A stretch of 64,000 nucleotides of DNA, taken from positions 26,598,001 to 26,662,000 of the forward strand of contig OZ024741.1 of NCBI GenBank assembly GCA_964016885.1. The letters run 5' to 3'. Position numbers and translations under genes: made by a program. Of this stretch, positions 1 to 14,803 are shown piece after piece. The DNA comes from Eledone cirrhosa (taxonomy: Eukaryota). Positions within the stretch are counted from its first letter, which is position 1. Each line of letters begins with the position of its first letter. The notes under the pieces are model-generated. The model was not told the origin of the DNA and searched no databases. It saw only the letters and a program-made list of their open reading frames with translations.

Positions 1-849
1 TAACATCTACAACTTCGCATTTTCCTCATTCTTATTTGGAAGAAGTAACATGACGTCGAGTGTTTGAACTGAATTGCATCTATATCTAGCATATATATAT
101 ATATTATTAGATTTACAGAATTAATACCATTTTGACTCTTGGTCAGTTGAGATTAACCTCACAAGTTCAAAGCAAAAATTCTCTTCAGAGTTGTTCACAA
201 ACATTGTTTCCTTGGTCAGATCTGATGATCAGCTTCTTTCCTATTCCTTTCTAGATTCTTCATATTTCAAGACATTCCAGGTGTAATTTGTGAGAGATTT
301 AGCTGCTATTTCTAGCAGGTCAATTGACCAAATAGAACCGTCTTGATTATTTGTGAAAAATGTTGGCAAGATTGTTGTGGCTGATCAAATGTATTCCAAC
401 CATGACCCACCTGTATTTCATTTAATATAATTTATATTTAGAAATACACAATCCAATGAGTTTTTCTTGGAGGGAGTTGATATTTGGTTGCTATTTCTAG
501 CAGACAGAGTGACCATGTAGAAGCATCCACATTTGTTTGGTTTCTTTGTGTTAGTAATATTGTCGTTGTTTAACCCTAGGTCAACCTTGATTAATCAGAC
601 ATATGTTCAGAGATATTTCAGATATGACTATGAAAAGCTGATATTTAGTTACTATTTAAGACAGTAACAACAATAAGCAACAATTTATAACAACAACAAC
701 TGCAATATCAATTTCTTTTGAATTGTCACTTAAAACCAATAAACAACAATATCTATTGTTGTCTCATCAAGTGTGTGTTGTTCTCTCTCTCTTTCTCACT
801 CCCTCTGTCTCTCTCTCGCCCTCATCTCTCACTATTATAAGCAAATGGG

Positions 850-1215
850 AGCCCACATGCTGCCCACCCCGCGGCCCCAGTGGACAAAATAGAGAAGGCA
901 TTTCCCCAGGGGATAGTGAGGCAGATGTGTAGAAACAGACATTCCAACTCACAAGGCTCACACCTGTGGGTAACCAACTCCATGCCGATGGTGGGGAGTA
1001 GGGAGGTGGCCCAGGCCAAGAACACCAGATGTCTCCACTGCTACGGGTTCAACTGCAAACCAGTCGGAGAGTGATAGATATTTGGAGAGTTTACCCTCCT
1101 TGGCCCAAAGTGCAGCAGAGCCTGGATAGTTGCAGACTGCTCCAGGTTGCCGCTGGAGAAAGTGTTGCATCAGGGCAATGTATCTTTATCTGCATTATCC
1201 AATGTGTCCTGTTTT
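850..1215 (-). mobile_element. Degenerate 3' fragment of a CRE-like non-LTR retrotransposon (restriction-like endonuclease domain)
   Basis: Frameshifted translation NTFSSGNLEQSAT/PGSAALWAKEGKLSKYLSLSDWFAVEPVAVETSGVLG.../...GNAFSILSTG resembles the CRE REL C-terminus pattern (DT....AA..AE..K..KY....F.PVAVET.G..G...RGNA). Confidence 0.7.
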
Positions 1216-3029
1216 AAGGGCTTGGCTAGACACAGGTGTATTCACATAATTATACTACATACACATAATTACACTACATACACACACACAATTACACTAC
1301 ATACATACACACAATTACAACACAGTAGACATACACACAATTACAACACAGTAGACACATACACAAAATCACAACACAGTAGACACATACACACAATTAC
1401 AACACAGACATACACACAATTACAACACAGTAGACACATACACACAATCACAACACAGTAGACATACACACAATCACAACACAGTAGACACATACACACA
1501 ATCACAACACAGTAGACATACACACAATCACAACACAGTAGACACATACACACAATTACAATACAGTAGACATACACACAATTACAACACAGTAGACATA
1601 CACACAATCAGAACACTGTAGACATACACACAATCACAACACAGTAGACACATACACACAATTACAACACAGTAGACATACACACAATCACAACACAGTA
1701 GACACATACACACAATTACAATACAGTAGACATACACACAATTACAACACAGTAGACATACACACAATCAGAACACTGTAGACATACACACAATCACAAC
1801 ACAGTAGACATACACACAATTACAATACAGTAGACATACACACAATTACAACACAGTAGACATACACACAATCAGAACACTGTAGACATACACACAATTA
1901 CAACACAGTAGACATACACACAATTACAATACAGTAGACATACACACAATTACAACACTGTAGACACATACACACAATTACAACACTGTAGACATACACA
2001 CAATCAGAACACTGTAGACACATACACACAATCACAACACAGTAGACACATACACACAATTACAATACAGTAGACATACACACAATCACAACACAGTAGA
2101 CACATACACACAATTACAACACTGTAGACATACACACAATCACAACACTGTAGACATACACACAATCACAACACTGTAGACACATACACACAATCACAAC
2201 ACAGTAGACATAAACACAATTACAACACAGTAGACATACACACAATCACAACACAGTAGACATACACACAATCACAACACAGTAGACATATACACACAAT
2301 CACAACACAGTAGACATACACACAATTACAACACAATAGACACATACACACAATTACAACACAGTAGACATACACACAATCACAACACAGTAGACATACA
2401 CAAAATCACAACACAGTAGACACATACAGACAATTACAATACAGACATACACACAATTACAACACAGTAGACATACACACAATTACAACACAGTAGACAT
2501 ACACACAATTACAACACAGTAGACACATACACACAATAACAACACTGTAGACATACACACAATCACAACACAGTAGACATATACACACAATTACCACACA
2601 ATTACAACACAGTAGACATACACACAATCACAACACAATCACAACACAGTAGACATACACACAATCACAACACAGTAGACATACACACAATCACAACACA
2701 GTAGACACATACACATAATTACAACACAGTAGACATACACACAATTACAACACAGTAGACATACACACAATCACAACACAGTAGACATACACACAATTAC
2801 AACACAGTAGACAGATACACATAATTACAACACAGTAGACATACACACAATTAACAACACAGTAGACACATATACACACAATCACAACACAGTAGACATA
2901 CACACAATTACAACGCAGTAGACACATACACACAATTACAATACAGTAGACATACACACAATTACAACACTGTAGACATACACACAGTTACAACACAGTA
3001 GACATACACACAATTACAACACAGTAGAC

Positions 3030-3588
3030 ACTTCTCTTCTTCTCTTCAGGTTTAGCGTCCGTGTTCCACACTTGCATGGGTTTGGACGGGGGTTTTCCCC
3101 ACTTGAGGCAAGAGTGGTTGTCTTGCTCGCATAGGACTGTCTGGCGGGTTTTCTACAGTTGGATGCCCTTCCTAACACCAACCACATTTACAGTGTGGGG
3201 CTGGGAGGTTTTTACCGTGTTGCCTACACGGCCACATTACAGCGTGGACTGTCTGGCGGGTTTTCTACAGCTGGATGCCCTTCCTAACACCAACCACATT
3301 TACAGTGTGGGGCTGGGAGGTATTTACCGTGTTGCCTACACGGCCACATTTACAGCGTGGACTGTGTGTTTTTTTTGTCGTGACATCTACACGATCTCAT
3401 TTGTTTTGGCCTGGATGTTGTGGGACCAACATAACTTTACATTGAAAGGGGCGGTGTGGATGGGGTGGAGGTGGTGGGACGGGGGTGTGTTTTGATAGAG
3501 ATGCCTACTGACTGTAGGAGGTTTTTACTTTGTATTTAGGTAAGGCGGGTCTTCTCTATTACTGAGTACCGCCAAAGGTCTCGGTCCA
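3030..3588 (-). mobile_element. 5'-truncated RTE LINE copy (3' UTR plus last ORF codons)
   Basis: Near-identical to 38620-39145. Contains a duplicated ctggatgcccttcctaacaccaaccac motif. The tail here is (GAA/GAGAA)-like. Confidence 0.85.
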
Positions 3589-6151
3589 CATATACACAAT
3601 CACAACACAGTAGACATACACACAATTACAACATAGTAGACATACACACAATTACAACACAGTAGACATATACACACAATCACAACACAGTAGACATACA
3701 CACAATTACAACACAGTAGACATATACACAATTACAACACAGTAGACATACACACAATTACAACACAGTAGACATACACACAATTACAACACAGTAGACA
3801 TACACACAATTACAACACAGTAGACATACACACAATTACAACACAGTAGACACATACACACAATTACAACACAGACATACACACAATTAGAACACAGTAA
3901 ACACATACACACAATAGACACATACACACAATTACAACACAGACATACACACAATTACAACACAGTAGACATACACACAATTACAACACAGTAGACATAT
4001 ACACAATTACAACACGGTAGACACATACACACAATTACAACACTGTAGACATACACACAATCACAACACAGTAGACACATACACACAATTACAACACAGT
4101 AGACATACACACAATTACAACACAGTAGACACATACACACAATTACAACACAGTAGACACATACACACAATTACAACACAGCAGACACACACAATTACAA
4201 CACTGTAGACATACACACAGTTACAACACTGTAGATATACACACAGTTACAACACAGTAGACATACACACAATTACAACACTGTAGACACACACACACAA
4301 TCACAACACAGCAGACACACACAATTACAACACTGTAGACATACACACAGTTACAACACTGTAGATATACACACAGTTACAACACTGTAGACATACACAC
4401 AATTACAACGCAGTAGACACATACACACAATTACAACGCAGTAGACATACACACAATCACAACACAGTAGACACATACACACAGTTACAACACAGTAGAC
4501 ATACACACAATTACAACACTGTAGACATACACACAATCACAACACAGTAGACACATACACACGATTACAACACAGTAGACATACACACAATCACAGCACA
4601 ATAGACATACACACAATTACAACACAGTCGACATACACACAATTACAACACAATAGACATATACACAAATACAACACAGTAGACATATACACAATTACAA
4701 CACTGTAGACATATACACAATCACAACACAGTAGACACATACACACAATCACAACACTGTAGACATACACACAATCACAACACAGTAGACATACACACAA
4801 TCACAACACAAAAGACACATACACACAATCACAACACTGTAGACATACACACAATCACAACACTGTAGACATATACACAATTACAACACAGTAGACACAA
4901 CATACACACAATCACAACACTGTAGACATACACACAATCACAACACAGTAGACATACACACAATCACAACACAAAAGACACATACACACAATTACAACAC
5001 AGTAGACATCCACACAATCACAACACAGTAGACACATACACACAATCACAACACAGTAGACATACACACAATTACAACACTGTAGACATATACACAATCA
5101 CAACACAGTAGACACATACACACAACCACAACACAGTAGACATACACACAATCACAACATAGTAGACACATACATACAATTACAACACAGTAGACATACA
5201 CACAACCACAACACAGTAGACATACACACAATCACAACACAGTAGACATATACACACAGTTACAATACAATAGACATATACACAATCACAACACAGACAC
5301 ATACACACAATTACAACACTGTAGACATACACACAATCACAACACACTAGACATACACACAATTACAACACAGTAGACACATACACACAATTACAACACT
5401 GTAGACATACACACAATTACAACACTGTAGACATACACACAATTACAACACAGTAGACACATACACACAATTACAACACTGTAGACACATACACACAATT
5501 ACAACACTGTAGACACATACACACAATTACAACACAGTAGACACATACACACAATTACAACACAGTAGACATACACACAATTACAACACTGTAGACACAC
5601 ACACAATCACAACACAGTAGACACATACACACAATCACAACACAATAGACACATACACACAATTACAACACAGCAGAAACACACACAATTGCAACACTGT
5701 AGACACATACACACAATTACAACACAGTAGACACATACACACAATCACAACACAGTAGACACATACACACAATTACAACACAGTAGACATACACACAACC
5801 ACAACACAGTAGACATACACACAATCACAACACAGTAGACATATACACACAGTTACAATACAGTAGACATATACACAATCACAACACAGTAGACACACAC
5901 ACACAATCACAACACAGTAGACATACACACAATCACAACACAGTAGACATACACACAATTACAACACTGTAGACATACACACAATTACAACACAGTAGAC
6001 ACATACACACAATTACAACACTGTAGACACATACACACAATTACAACACTGTAGACACATACACACAATTACAACACAGTAGACATACACACAATTACAA
6101 CACTGTAGACATACACACATACACACAATTACAACACAGCAGACACACACA

Positions 6152-6615
6152 ATCATCATCATCATCATCATCGTTTAACGTCCCTGTTCCACGCTTGCAT
6201 GGGATTAGACGGGAGTTTTCCCACTTGAGGCAACAGTGGTTGTCTTGCTCGCATAGGACTGTCTGGCGGGTTTTCTACAGCTGGATGCCCTTCCTAACAC
6301 CAACCACATTTACAGTGTGGGGCTGGGAGGTTTTTACCGTTTTGCCTACACGGACACATTACAGCGTGGACTGTCTGGCGTGTTTTCTACAGCTGGATAC
6401 CCTTCCTAACACCAACCACATTTACAGTGTGGGACTGGGAGGTTTTTACCGTGTTGCCTACACGGTCACATTACAGCGTGGACTGTGTGTTTTTTTGTCG
6501 TGACACCTACACGATCTCGTTTGTTTCGGCCTGGATGTTGTGGCACCAACATAACTTTACATTGAAAGGGGCGGTGTGGATGGGGTGGGGGTGGTGGGAC
6601 GGGGGTGTATTTTGT
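6152..6615 (-). mobile_element. 5'-truncated RTE LINE copy (3' UTR) with (GAT)n tail
   Basis: (CAT)n followed by cgtttaacgtccctgttcc...; near-identical to 38597-39055. Confidence 0.85.
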
Positions 6616-6900
6616 TACACACAATTACAACACAGTAGACATACACACAATTACAACACAGACATACACACAATCACACAGTAGACACATACACACAATT
6701 ACACAATAGACACATACACACACATACAATACAGTAGAGTATATAGATACAGATGTGTACAGACAGTAATTATGTGTGATGGTGCTGCCACCATGATGAT
6801 AAGGGAGACAACTACAAGATAGTATTTCTCTCCATCAATTAACATCTTCAAAGTAAAAAAAAAAAAAAAGATATAAAGAAATAAAAAAAGATTTACTCAC

Positions 6901-6948
6901 TTCTTCAGACTCTTCTTCATCTTTGCCTCCTTCCTCATCTTTTTCAGT
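6901..6948 (-). CDS. Internal 48-nt acidic coding exon (TEKDEEGGKDEEESEE), probably of the same gene
   Basis: Minus strand has acceptor cctatttctctctttcAG and donor GTGAGT, 16 open purine-rich codons, and phase 0/0 compatible with the exon at 30556-30588. The gene continues beyond the left edge of the window. Confidence 0.75.
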
Positions 6949-7329
6949 CTGAAAGAGAGAAATAGGATGGAACTGTTATTAAAGATACACAGCAACACAG
7001 ACACTAATGTACTAACAGTCAAGATGTTGTTGGTGGTGGTGGTGGTCATGGTGGTGTTGATATTACTTTATTCTCAATGTACTGTAATGATTTAGCAGAA
7101 AATATCTAAAAACAAGTTTGTTAATTCAAATGTGTAGTGTCTTTGATAGTGGACAGATCATTGTGAACATTTACAGTATTAGAGTAAAGAAGACATTCAT
7201 TTTTAATGTGATGCAGTCATAATGGTGTTTTATACATTTCAAGAATGTTTTACTAATGTAGTTTCATGTGGTACAGGACGTTAAGAGTTAATGGAAAAAT
7301 TCAAATATACTGGCAAGCAGAAATCACTT

Positions 7330-7610
7330 CTTGCAAGAGTGTAGAGATGAATGGTAGCCTGGTAGAGCCCTGCATCCTGCCATGACTCTCCTTGTCCAAA
7401 ACTATTCTACTAGGTACAGTTGAAGGAGGGCAAAGAAGAGGCAGACAAAGAAAATCAGGGCCCAACAGCATCAAGGCCTGAACAGGTCTCAACACTGCAA
7501 CTCTTCTGGATATGACAGAGGACTGGTGGCAATTGCTGATTGTTAGAGTATCTAGAGTTGTAGGCTCGCTAACAACTGGCTGTACCAGTATGGGATGATG
7601 ATGATGATGA
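7330..7610 (+). mobile_element. RTE-clade LINE 3' end remnant
   Basis: LSKTILLGTVEGGQRRGRQRK... followed by a (GAT)n tail. Confidence 0.7.
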
Positions 7611-8189
7611 TATATGTAGAAATAATATGGATTACAGAAGATTAAATAAAAATCATTTCTCTGTTGGGGGTACTCTCTATACATCAACGTTTCCCCTCAC
7701 AGATCTCTCTGTTGACCAGGGTACTTTATATCTATATAAACCTTGCCCCCAAATCAGTTGTCCAAGTTACACTCAACATACCAATTTTGACCCTGCAAAT
7801 TTCTTTGTTGCCCATGCTCCAGCCTATAAATCACCTTTGACCTCACAACTCACCATTAACAACAAAGACTTCTTGTTCCTCTGGTTCAAAGTCTCTCTTT
7901 CACATTATTCTAGGTTCATCTGAGTCTACCACTCTGTAAATTCCTCTAATAACCAGCAGCTATCATATCTCCATATTAATATTAACATCTATCTCACCTC
8001 ACCTCTCTCTCAAATCATCAATGTTAGGGACTATGTCCTGTACCACATGAAACAACATTAACAAGACATTCTTGGAAAGTACAAAACAGCACTATGATTA
8101 TATTACGCCAAATTAAAAATTGAAGTCTTTATTTTAATATTGTCATTTTCACAATGATCAACCTGCTACTAATACTATAAACATTTGAA

Positions 8190-8990
8190 TTAACAAATCC
8201 ATTTTCAGATATTTTCTAAATCATAAAAGGATGTTCAATATTTTGCTCCTGTGAAACTCTCTACATCAATCAGTGTCTTCACTGAAAATACTAGATACAA
8301 ACTTTCCACCATCACAGAGATTCCACAAAATTTCAAACAGGAATACAGTCAGACTATTATAATCAACTACAACGAACTTAGAAAATTATATAGCAGGACT
8401 AAATAATAAGCACCTCAGAAAACATAATAGCAGCAATCAAACCGCAATTGAAAGTAACAACCTATCTTCATCTTAACTCATTGTACCACACCAAACCATT
8501 CCTATCACAGCCCTCCAACACATCTACCCTTTACGAAAAAAACATATTTTAATCAACAAGCACTGGTACATTGTAACTGTAGAAAACTCAATAGTTGTCC
8601 CTTATCGTGTAAATGCACGAGTAACAACATTGTCTACTAGTCCGAAGTTACAATAAGCCATAGCATATTCAGGTATGTGGGGTCCACATCCAACCTTTTT
8701 AAGAAAAGATGGTATGTAGATACCCATCCATTTAAAAATCTGGAACTACGAACCTCTACCTCTTTGGCTAGGAAAATATGGAAATAAAAAAATAAAAAAA
8801 ATAAAATATAATCTGTCGTGGTCCATTCTACGATTCCCCCACTCCTACAGATATGAAAGAAAGGTTTGTGTTTGTGCAATGGAAGTTATGGAAATCTTGA
8901 CAGGAAAGAAATTACTGAACTATAGACAAGATAAGATAGCCAACTGTAAACACAAATACCTAAAAACATTTTCTAATTATAACCCTAGCT
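8190..8990 (+). mobile_element. Penelope-like element (Naiad-type) linker plus GIY-YIG endonuclease, decayed
   Basis: Translation ...ILDTNFPPSQRFHKISNRNTVRL..., CNCRKLNSCPLSCKCTSNNIVY*SEVT...YVGSTSNLFKKRWY...STSLARKIWK...WSIL...LLNYRQDKIANCKH; has in-frame stops. Confidence 0.85.
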
Positions 8991-9329
8991 AACCCATGAT
9001 TAGAACCTATCACTACCTCCATTTCTCAATTTCTGCCACTTCTATCTCTTTCAATTAGCCAATTTTATTACATAGACAAGTGGTACCAAATCTATTTTAG
9101 TTCCACTTTTAACTGTAATTGTCATGCTCATACTACTAATATTAAAGAGATTTATGGCCTGTTTATTTTCTTGCCATAGTAGTCAGTCCCATAACTTATC
9201 AGATCCCCTTTTATCTATAGATTAACTATTTCTAAATCACTGACATGTCTAATTTATGTATCACCAAAAATTGCTGGAAGCCCATAGGTCAACTCATCAA
9301 TCCTCCCTCTTTACATTCTATACTATCAC

Positions 9330-9690
9330 TCAAATTCTAAAGATTGTATTTATTTTCTGAAGATTTGTTGAGTTGCAGGGTATTCTGGAAGTATGAATGG
9401 AAATATTGATATCTCTAAACAGTCACCCCCGTAGATCCTGACATAGCTCAATAATGAAACATGTTAAAATGTATAATTAAGTTTTTCTAATCAAACCCTG
9501 ACTGTTTTTCCTAACATATTAACTTATACGTACTCCGTAGATAATTGGAACCTGTAAAATACCTGTGGATTAACACCTAAAATTATATCCAGGACTCATA
9601 CACGTTGAGAAATCTATTTGGTAAGCTGCTTTTTCATTAACAGCTGCATAATCACTCCACAAGTTTGATTTTACCAACGAAAAGCAAAAG
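9330..9690 (-). mobile_element. Possible Penelope RT fragment in opposite orientation
   Basis: Degenerate GILQ(G)SNY-like and YVRIYGGDCL (YxDD-like) motifs with frameshifts. Confidence 0.35.
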
Positions 9691-10895
9691 CTACTTATCT
9701 TCATATATGTGTGTGAAAGCTACTTATCTTCATATGTGTGTGTGTGTGTGTGTAGGTATACACATATACATACACTCAAATATATATGTATTTATTTTTG
9801 ACTGTATGTGAATATATATATATATTTATATATATTGGTTTGTGTGTGTGTATATACACACATACATGTATGTTTATATATTTATGTATATTTTCACCTT
9901 TTCTCACTAAATCAATTTGCAACAGCAAAAGGGGAATGAAGGATAGAGTTTTATTTTGCTTTCCAATTGTATTTTTGGTAATTCCAATAATATAAAATAA
10001 ACTGACCAAGGAACCATCAATTCGTTGTAGCCATTCAGCCATTTAGGGGGGATGGGGGATTCTAGAAATTTCTCTTTTCTTTGTTTTGCTTCAAAATTCC
10101 GGTTTGGTGTTGGAGCCAGGAAGTTTTATGGTTACATAAACTTTCTGTCCTTAACTGAGAGATTGATGTGTGAAGACTATGGGTTTCAGGTAAAATGAAA
10201 GGTGGTGGTGGTGGTAGTATTGGTGGGGAGGCGATAGAAATAGAATTTCATTATCAACCCATATATCGGAACCTGAAAGAGAATGTGTTCTGTTGGAGAG
10301 AGGAGAGGTGGGAACAACAGTGTGTATATATATATATATATACACAAATACACACATGCATACTTAAATATACATGTACATATACTCACACACACATACA
10401 TATATGTATATAAATGCATACTCAAATATGCATGTCACACATACATACATACTCAAATGTACATACATACACAAGAACTCACACATACATATATACACAC
10501 CTATGTACTCATACATACATGTACACAATCAACATATATACATATGTACACATGAATATAAGCCAATGAGAGAGCCTCTCTGTGGTCACTCAACTTGCTG
10601 AAAATAGAAGCAAATTCTTCTCCATATCAACCCCCTACCTAATGGCCATGGCTGAAATGCTTGTGGTCATATGTGTGCTCAATCAGTGTTAACCTGGGGC
10701 TAAACAACAATAGCACAATTTTTTTTAAATTACTTTCAGTTTTATTTAGCAGTTGAGTTATATAAAGATACAGAAAAAGAGAGCAGTATTGGAAAGAACT
10801 ATAAATGCTATAAATAAGAGGAGAATGGAAAGAGCAAGGACTACTAGACAGATGAAGGGGTGAGGGTGACAGACTACATATTTCTAATATCTTGT

Positions 10896-11212
10896 TTAAC
10901 CCTTCCATTATTAGCATATTTCATATAAAATACACCACCTATGGTTTTCAATTAATTTTGTAACTAACCAACAATATTTAAGGATTTAGTAAAATAAACG
11001 ATATAATTAAGCTGATGTTTGGTACATACTTTAACAAAATATTCTTCCTTAACATTTATTTCAATACTAGACCACATGTGACCCGTTGGGTCATGTTCAC
11101 TTAAAAATAATTTTTAAATAATTAAAATATTTACAGACATGTATATAATGTGAAATGAAACTGGAAGGCCCATATATATATGTAAGTGTATGTATATATA
11201 TATATAAATGTA

Positions 11213-11247
<35 letters not shown>

Positions 11248-11580
11248 GTGGGTGTATGTGATCTATATGCACTGGTCAGACACACACACACACACATGCA
11301 TATATATACACAACACCACCAGCTCTTTCTCTCTCTCTTCCATTCTCCTTCTCAGCCTCCTCTCCCTCTCTCTCTCTATGTTTCTCTTTCAGCCTACTCT
11401 CTCACAACCACTCTCTCTTTCTCTCTATCCTGCTCTCTCTCTGTTTATGAAGATACCCAGAAAACCCCATATCTCGAGAACCCGTTCTCCGATTTACGCG
11501 AGACTTGTTTTATTCCATTTAGAGTTTTAGTAGTATATAGATGAATGATTTAAAACAAGAGGTTTGTCATCATAGAATTG
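10896..11580 (+). mobile_element. piggyBac-like MITE copy split by the Helitron
   Basis: Starts TTAA-CCCTT and is homologous to copies at 17740, 20911 and 22200; its sequence appears to resume after the Helitron. Confidence 0.5.
11067..11541 (-). mobile_element. Non-autonomous Helitron (475 bp) with internal microsatellites
   Basis: Minus strand begins A|TCTATATACTACT and ends with hairpin TGACCC-AAC-GGGTCA, then CATGTGGT-CTAG|T. Inserted between A and T with no TSD. Confidence 0.8.
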
Positions 11581-12454
11581 GAGTATTTTGGAGTGGGTCA
11601 GTCATTATCATCACTGTTTAACGTCCATTTTTCCACACTAGCATGGGTTAGTATCAGAGATAATCTCAGCTTGTCTTCATCATGTTATAAATCTGAGATC
11701 TTGTATCATTATCATCATCAATTTATTGTTCACTTTACATGCTGGTATTGGTTGTCATGGACTGAGTCAGTTCTTAGTCGGAGTTATTGCCTTCTTTGAC
11801 AAGACTGAGGGAATTGGTACTGAAGCACATCTTGCACATGTCTTCTGAATTTTAGGCATGGTTTCTATAACTGGATGCCCTTCCTAACATGAACCACTTT
11901 ACAGAGTGTACTGGAGGCATTTCATCATGGCACAAGTACTAGAAAGTTTTTCATGTTACAGAGTGTACAGAGTGCATTTTATTATGGCACCAGCACTACA
12001 GAAGTGCTCATGGTAAAAGTCCTTGTCACTCTATTTGGCTCCGTTCTTTCATGGCTCAAGTGCTCAAGTTTGAAAAATGGTGGTCGTCATGTGTGGCAGG
12101 GAGAAGCTAATGAGATAATAACTGGCCTGGTCTCTTCCTCGCCTCATTGCTATGGTCAGGAACCTTGAACAACTGCACCAATTCTCATTTATATGATGCC
12201 ATATGACCATAATTCTAATCAGGAAAAATGTGACATCAGTGGTGGGTCTCAAATCCACATCTGACCATTACTCAGAAGCTGACTACTGAGCCACAGCACA
12301 TCCTCCTTCATTAAAAGGATGAAGCTGTTGACCACAGGAAAGGTTGTCATCAAGGTGACTAATAAGTCCCATCTGACCCGGTTTTGAAATCAGAGTGATC
12401 CTTCTCTAGACAGACAGCCAATTAAGGCTAACGAGCTCTGTCTATCCAGTAATA

Positions 12455-12494
<40 letters not shown>

Positions 12495-12544
12495 CACACA
12501 CAATATATACATATATATATATACACACACACAATATATACATA

Positions 12545-14370
12545 TCAATAGGTCTCACTGCTTACATGGATTCCCTTGAATCTCTGTCACCATCCAATTC
12601 TATTGTTCATCATATTCAGCAAGTCAGAGAGATTGCAGTTTATGTTGTCACAAATCTACTTGATATAGGTCTTGGCTTGTCATCTTCCACTAGCTCTTCT
12701 TTGTGTTGGCTCCCACAAAACAACTTCACTAACAATTTCGTCTTTAGCTCTCCAGCAATGCCCTGCAAATCTAACTCTACACTCTTTGATGAGATCTGAT
12801 AGTGGACGAAGATTATCATACAGTCTCTCATTGGTCAGATAATCTCTCCAAGTGATATTCAAAGCCACTCTTAGTATGTGAGTGTAGGCTCCATCTAATT
12901 TTCTATCCAGTTTTGAAGTAAGGGTCCATACAATAGAAGAGAGGTAACAGTTACTTGAAAGAGGCTCCTTTTCATGTTGTCTGGATGTCTAGATGTCCAC
13001 ACTAGAAATAACTTGTCAATGGCACCCCAGGCTTTACCAATGCACGTGTTTACATCACTTCCACAGCTAGAGACTTTACTACCCAGATAAGTAATTTCTC
13101 CTACACAGTTGAGAGATGTGCCAGATACTGTTTTGATTTAAGCTTGTGCATTTTGTTTTGGCTGAGTTAACATGGAAACCGATACCTTTGACTGAATGTT
13201 CAAGACTATGGAGAAGCGTTTCTAATAAGATCAGAGAGTAGCACTAAATCATCAGTGTAATCTGCATCTGTAATGTTTGTGGCAGGTCACACGAGAAAAA
13301 GTATCCAGTCCACACTGTAATGTGGTCATGTAGGTGTCACGATAAAAAGCACCCAGTCAACACTGTAAAGAGGTCATGTAGGTGTCATGACAAAAAGCAC
13401 CTAGTCCACACTGTAAAGTAGTCACGTAGGTGTCACGACAAAAAGCACCCAGTCCATACTGTAAAGTGGTCATGTAGGTGTCACGACAAAAAGCACCCAG
13501 TCAACACGGTAAATGTGGTTGGCATTAGGAAGGGCATCCAGCCATAGAAACCAAGCCCAAATCAGTTTTGTATGAGCAAGACATGGTCACCTAGCCTGAC
13601 TTGTAACATAATGGGACAACTCGTCTAACCCATGCTAGCATGGAAAATGGACATTAAACGGTGATGATGATGATGATATCTATTACTCCTTTGTAGATGT
13701 AGTATGACTCTTTAATGGTATTGACAGAAGTTCTGAGAATGTAATCCAAGCAAATGATGAAGAGGTGCTAAAGTGTCACCTTGTAGTACTCCTGCAATAG
13801 TTTCAAAGAAATATGTATCACCATCTGGAGATCGTATCATTGAATGTGTTTTTATAGAACATCATAATGGCTTTAACTGTTTTATTTGGTATACCACAGG
13901 CTAGCAGTATTTCTTCTGTTTTACCTCTACGAATTGAGTCGAATGCTTTGGAGAAATTAATGAATTACAAAACATTTAGATTTTTAGTTTTCTCATTTTC
14001 AAGAATTCTGTGAATAATTAAGATTTGACCGGTAGTTGGTCATACACTTCAAAAGCCATTTTGATTTTTTCTCAATATGTTTTTGATTTCTGGACATATG
14101 CAGTTAAGCAGCACAGTGTTATAAATTATCACAGTTATTGCTACAAGTGTTATTCCTCTGTAGTTTTTTGCCACACCCAAATCTCCTTTTTGGGGGAAAG
14201 GGAGGATACATTAGTTCATGTTTCTATATAGTTTTGATTATATACATCATTGCAAAACTTCAAAAGAATATCATTAAATTGTTTGGTTTTCCATACCTCA
14301 GGTGGTACTTCATCAAAGTCAGGTGTTTTGTTTCATTTCAATGTTTTTAAAACAGTTTCCAAAGTATTGT
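12545..14370 (-). mobile_element. Decayed RTE-clade LINE (RT domain to C-terminus), interrupted by a retroposon-tail insertion
   Basis: F(I)NFSKAFDSIRR (about 13930-13965), ITDADYTDDLVL (about 13240-13275), YLGS, and RVRFAGHCWRAKDE (about 12740-12785). Confidence 0.8.
13285..13678 (+). mobile_element. RTE-3'UTR-type retroposon/SINE tail with internal ~48-bp tandem repeats and (GAT)n tail; related copies at about 11600-12000, 20580-20790, 28830-29010, 29335-29597, 38170-38390 and 39800-39950
   Basis: About five units of gtaggtgtcacgacaaaaagcacccagtccacactgtaaagtggtcat, then ggaagggcatccagcc...ggacattaaacggtgatgatgat. Confidence 0.75.
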
Positions 14371-14803
14371 GTGTGTGTGTACACATATATACATACATCA
14401 ATATTACAACACAAAGGGTAGATTTCAAAATTTCTTTAAGTATGCAAAAGCCATGATACATATTTCTATGGTGAAATGGTTGTTATGATACCATGATCAA
14501 TACTTAACATGTCATCATCTTCAGATAGCACATTAGGTATATATATATATATATTCATAAATATTTCGTATCTCCAAAGAAATACGGTTTTAGGAAGCCG
14601 TAGCTATGCAAACACGGGGGGGGGGGGGGGGGGGGGCTAACGCCCTCTGGTGATGTCCAACAGAAGCAAGGGGGACAACCGTCTAAGTTGAGCCAACTTA
14701 TGCAGCTTCATATGCAATGAGATTAATCACCTCATTGACACAGACGAGAAAAGTATATATTCTCGCCTGTCTTCTAGTCCAGCAGTCGCAAGCGGTGGGA
14801 GGG

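Larger units (their letters stand above)
1255..6735. repeat. 26/28-bp minisatellite array (ACACACAATTACAACACAGTAGAC[AC]AT), interrupted by two RTE insertions
   Basis: Directly visible tandem units over about 5.5 kb, with variants TT/TC, CAG/CTG and +/-AC. Confidence 0.95.

Noticed and set aside
1-90. Possible next exon of the minus-strand gene (NEENAKL*)
   Set aside because: Weak acceptor and immediate stop; cannot be supported at the window edge.
3061-3495. 144-aa ORF repeated at 6195 and 38343
   Set aside because: Antisense reading of the RTE 3' UTR; the recurrence reflects element copies.
1341-5958. Cys-rich ORFs (metallothionein-like look)
   Set aside because: Minus-strand reading of the 26/28-bp minisatellite.
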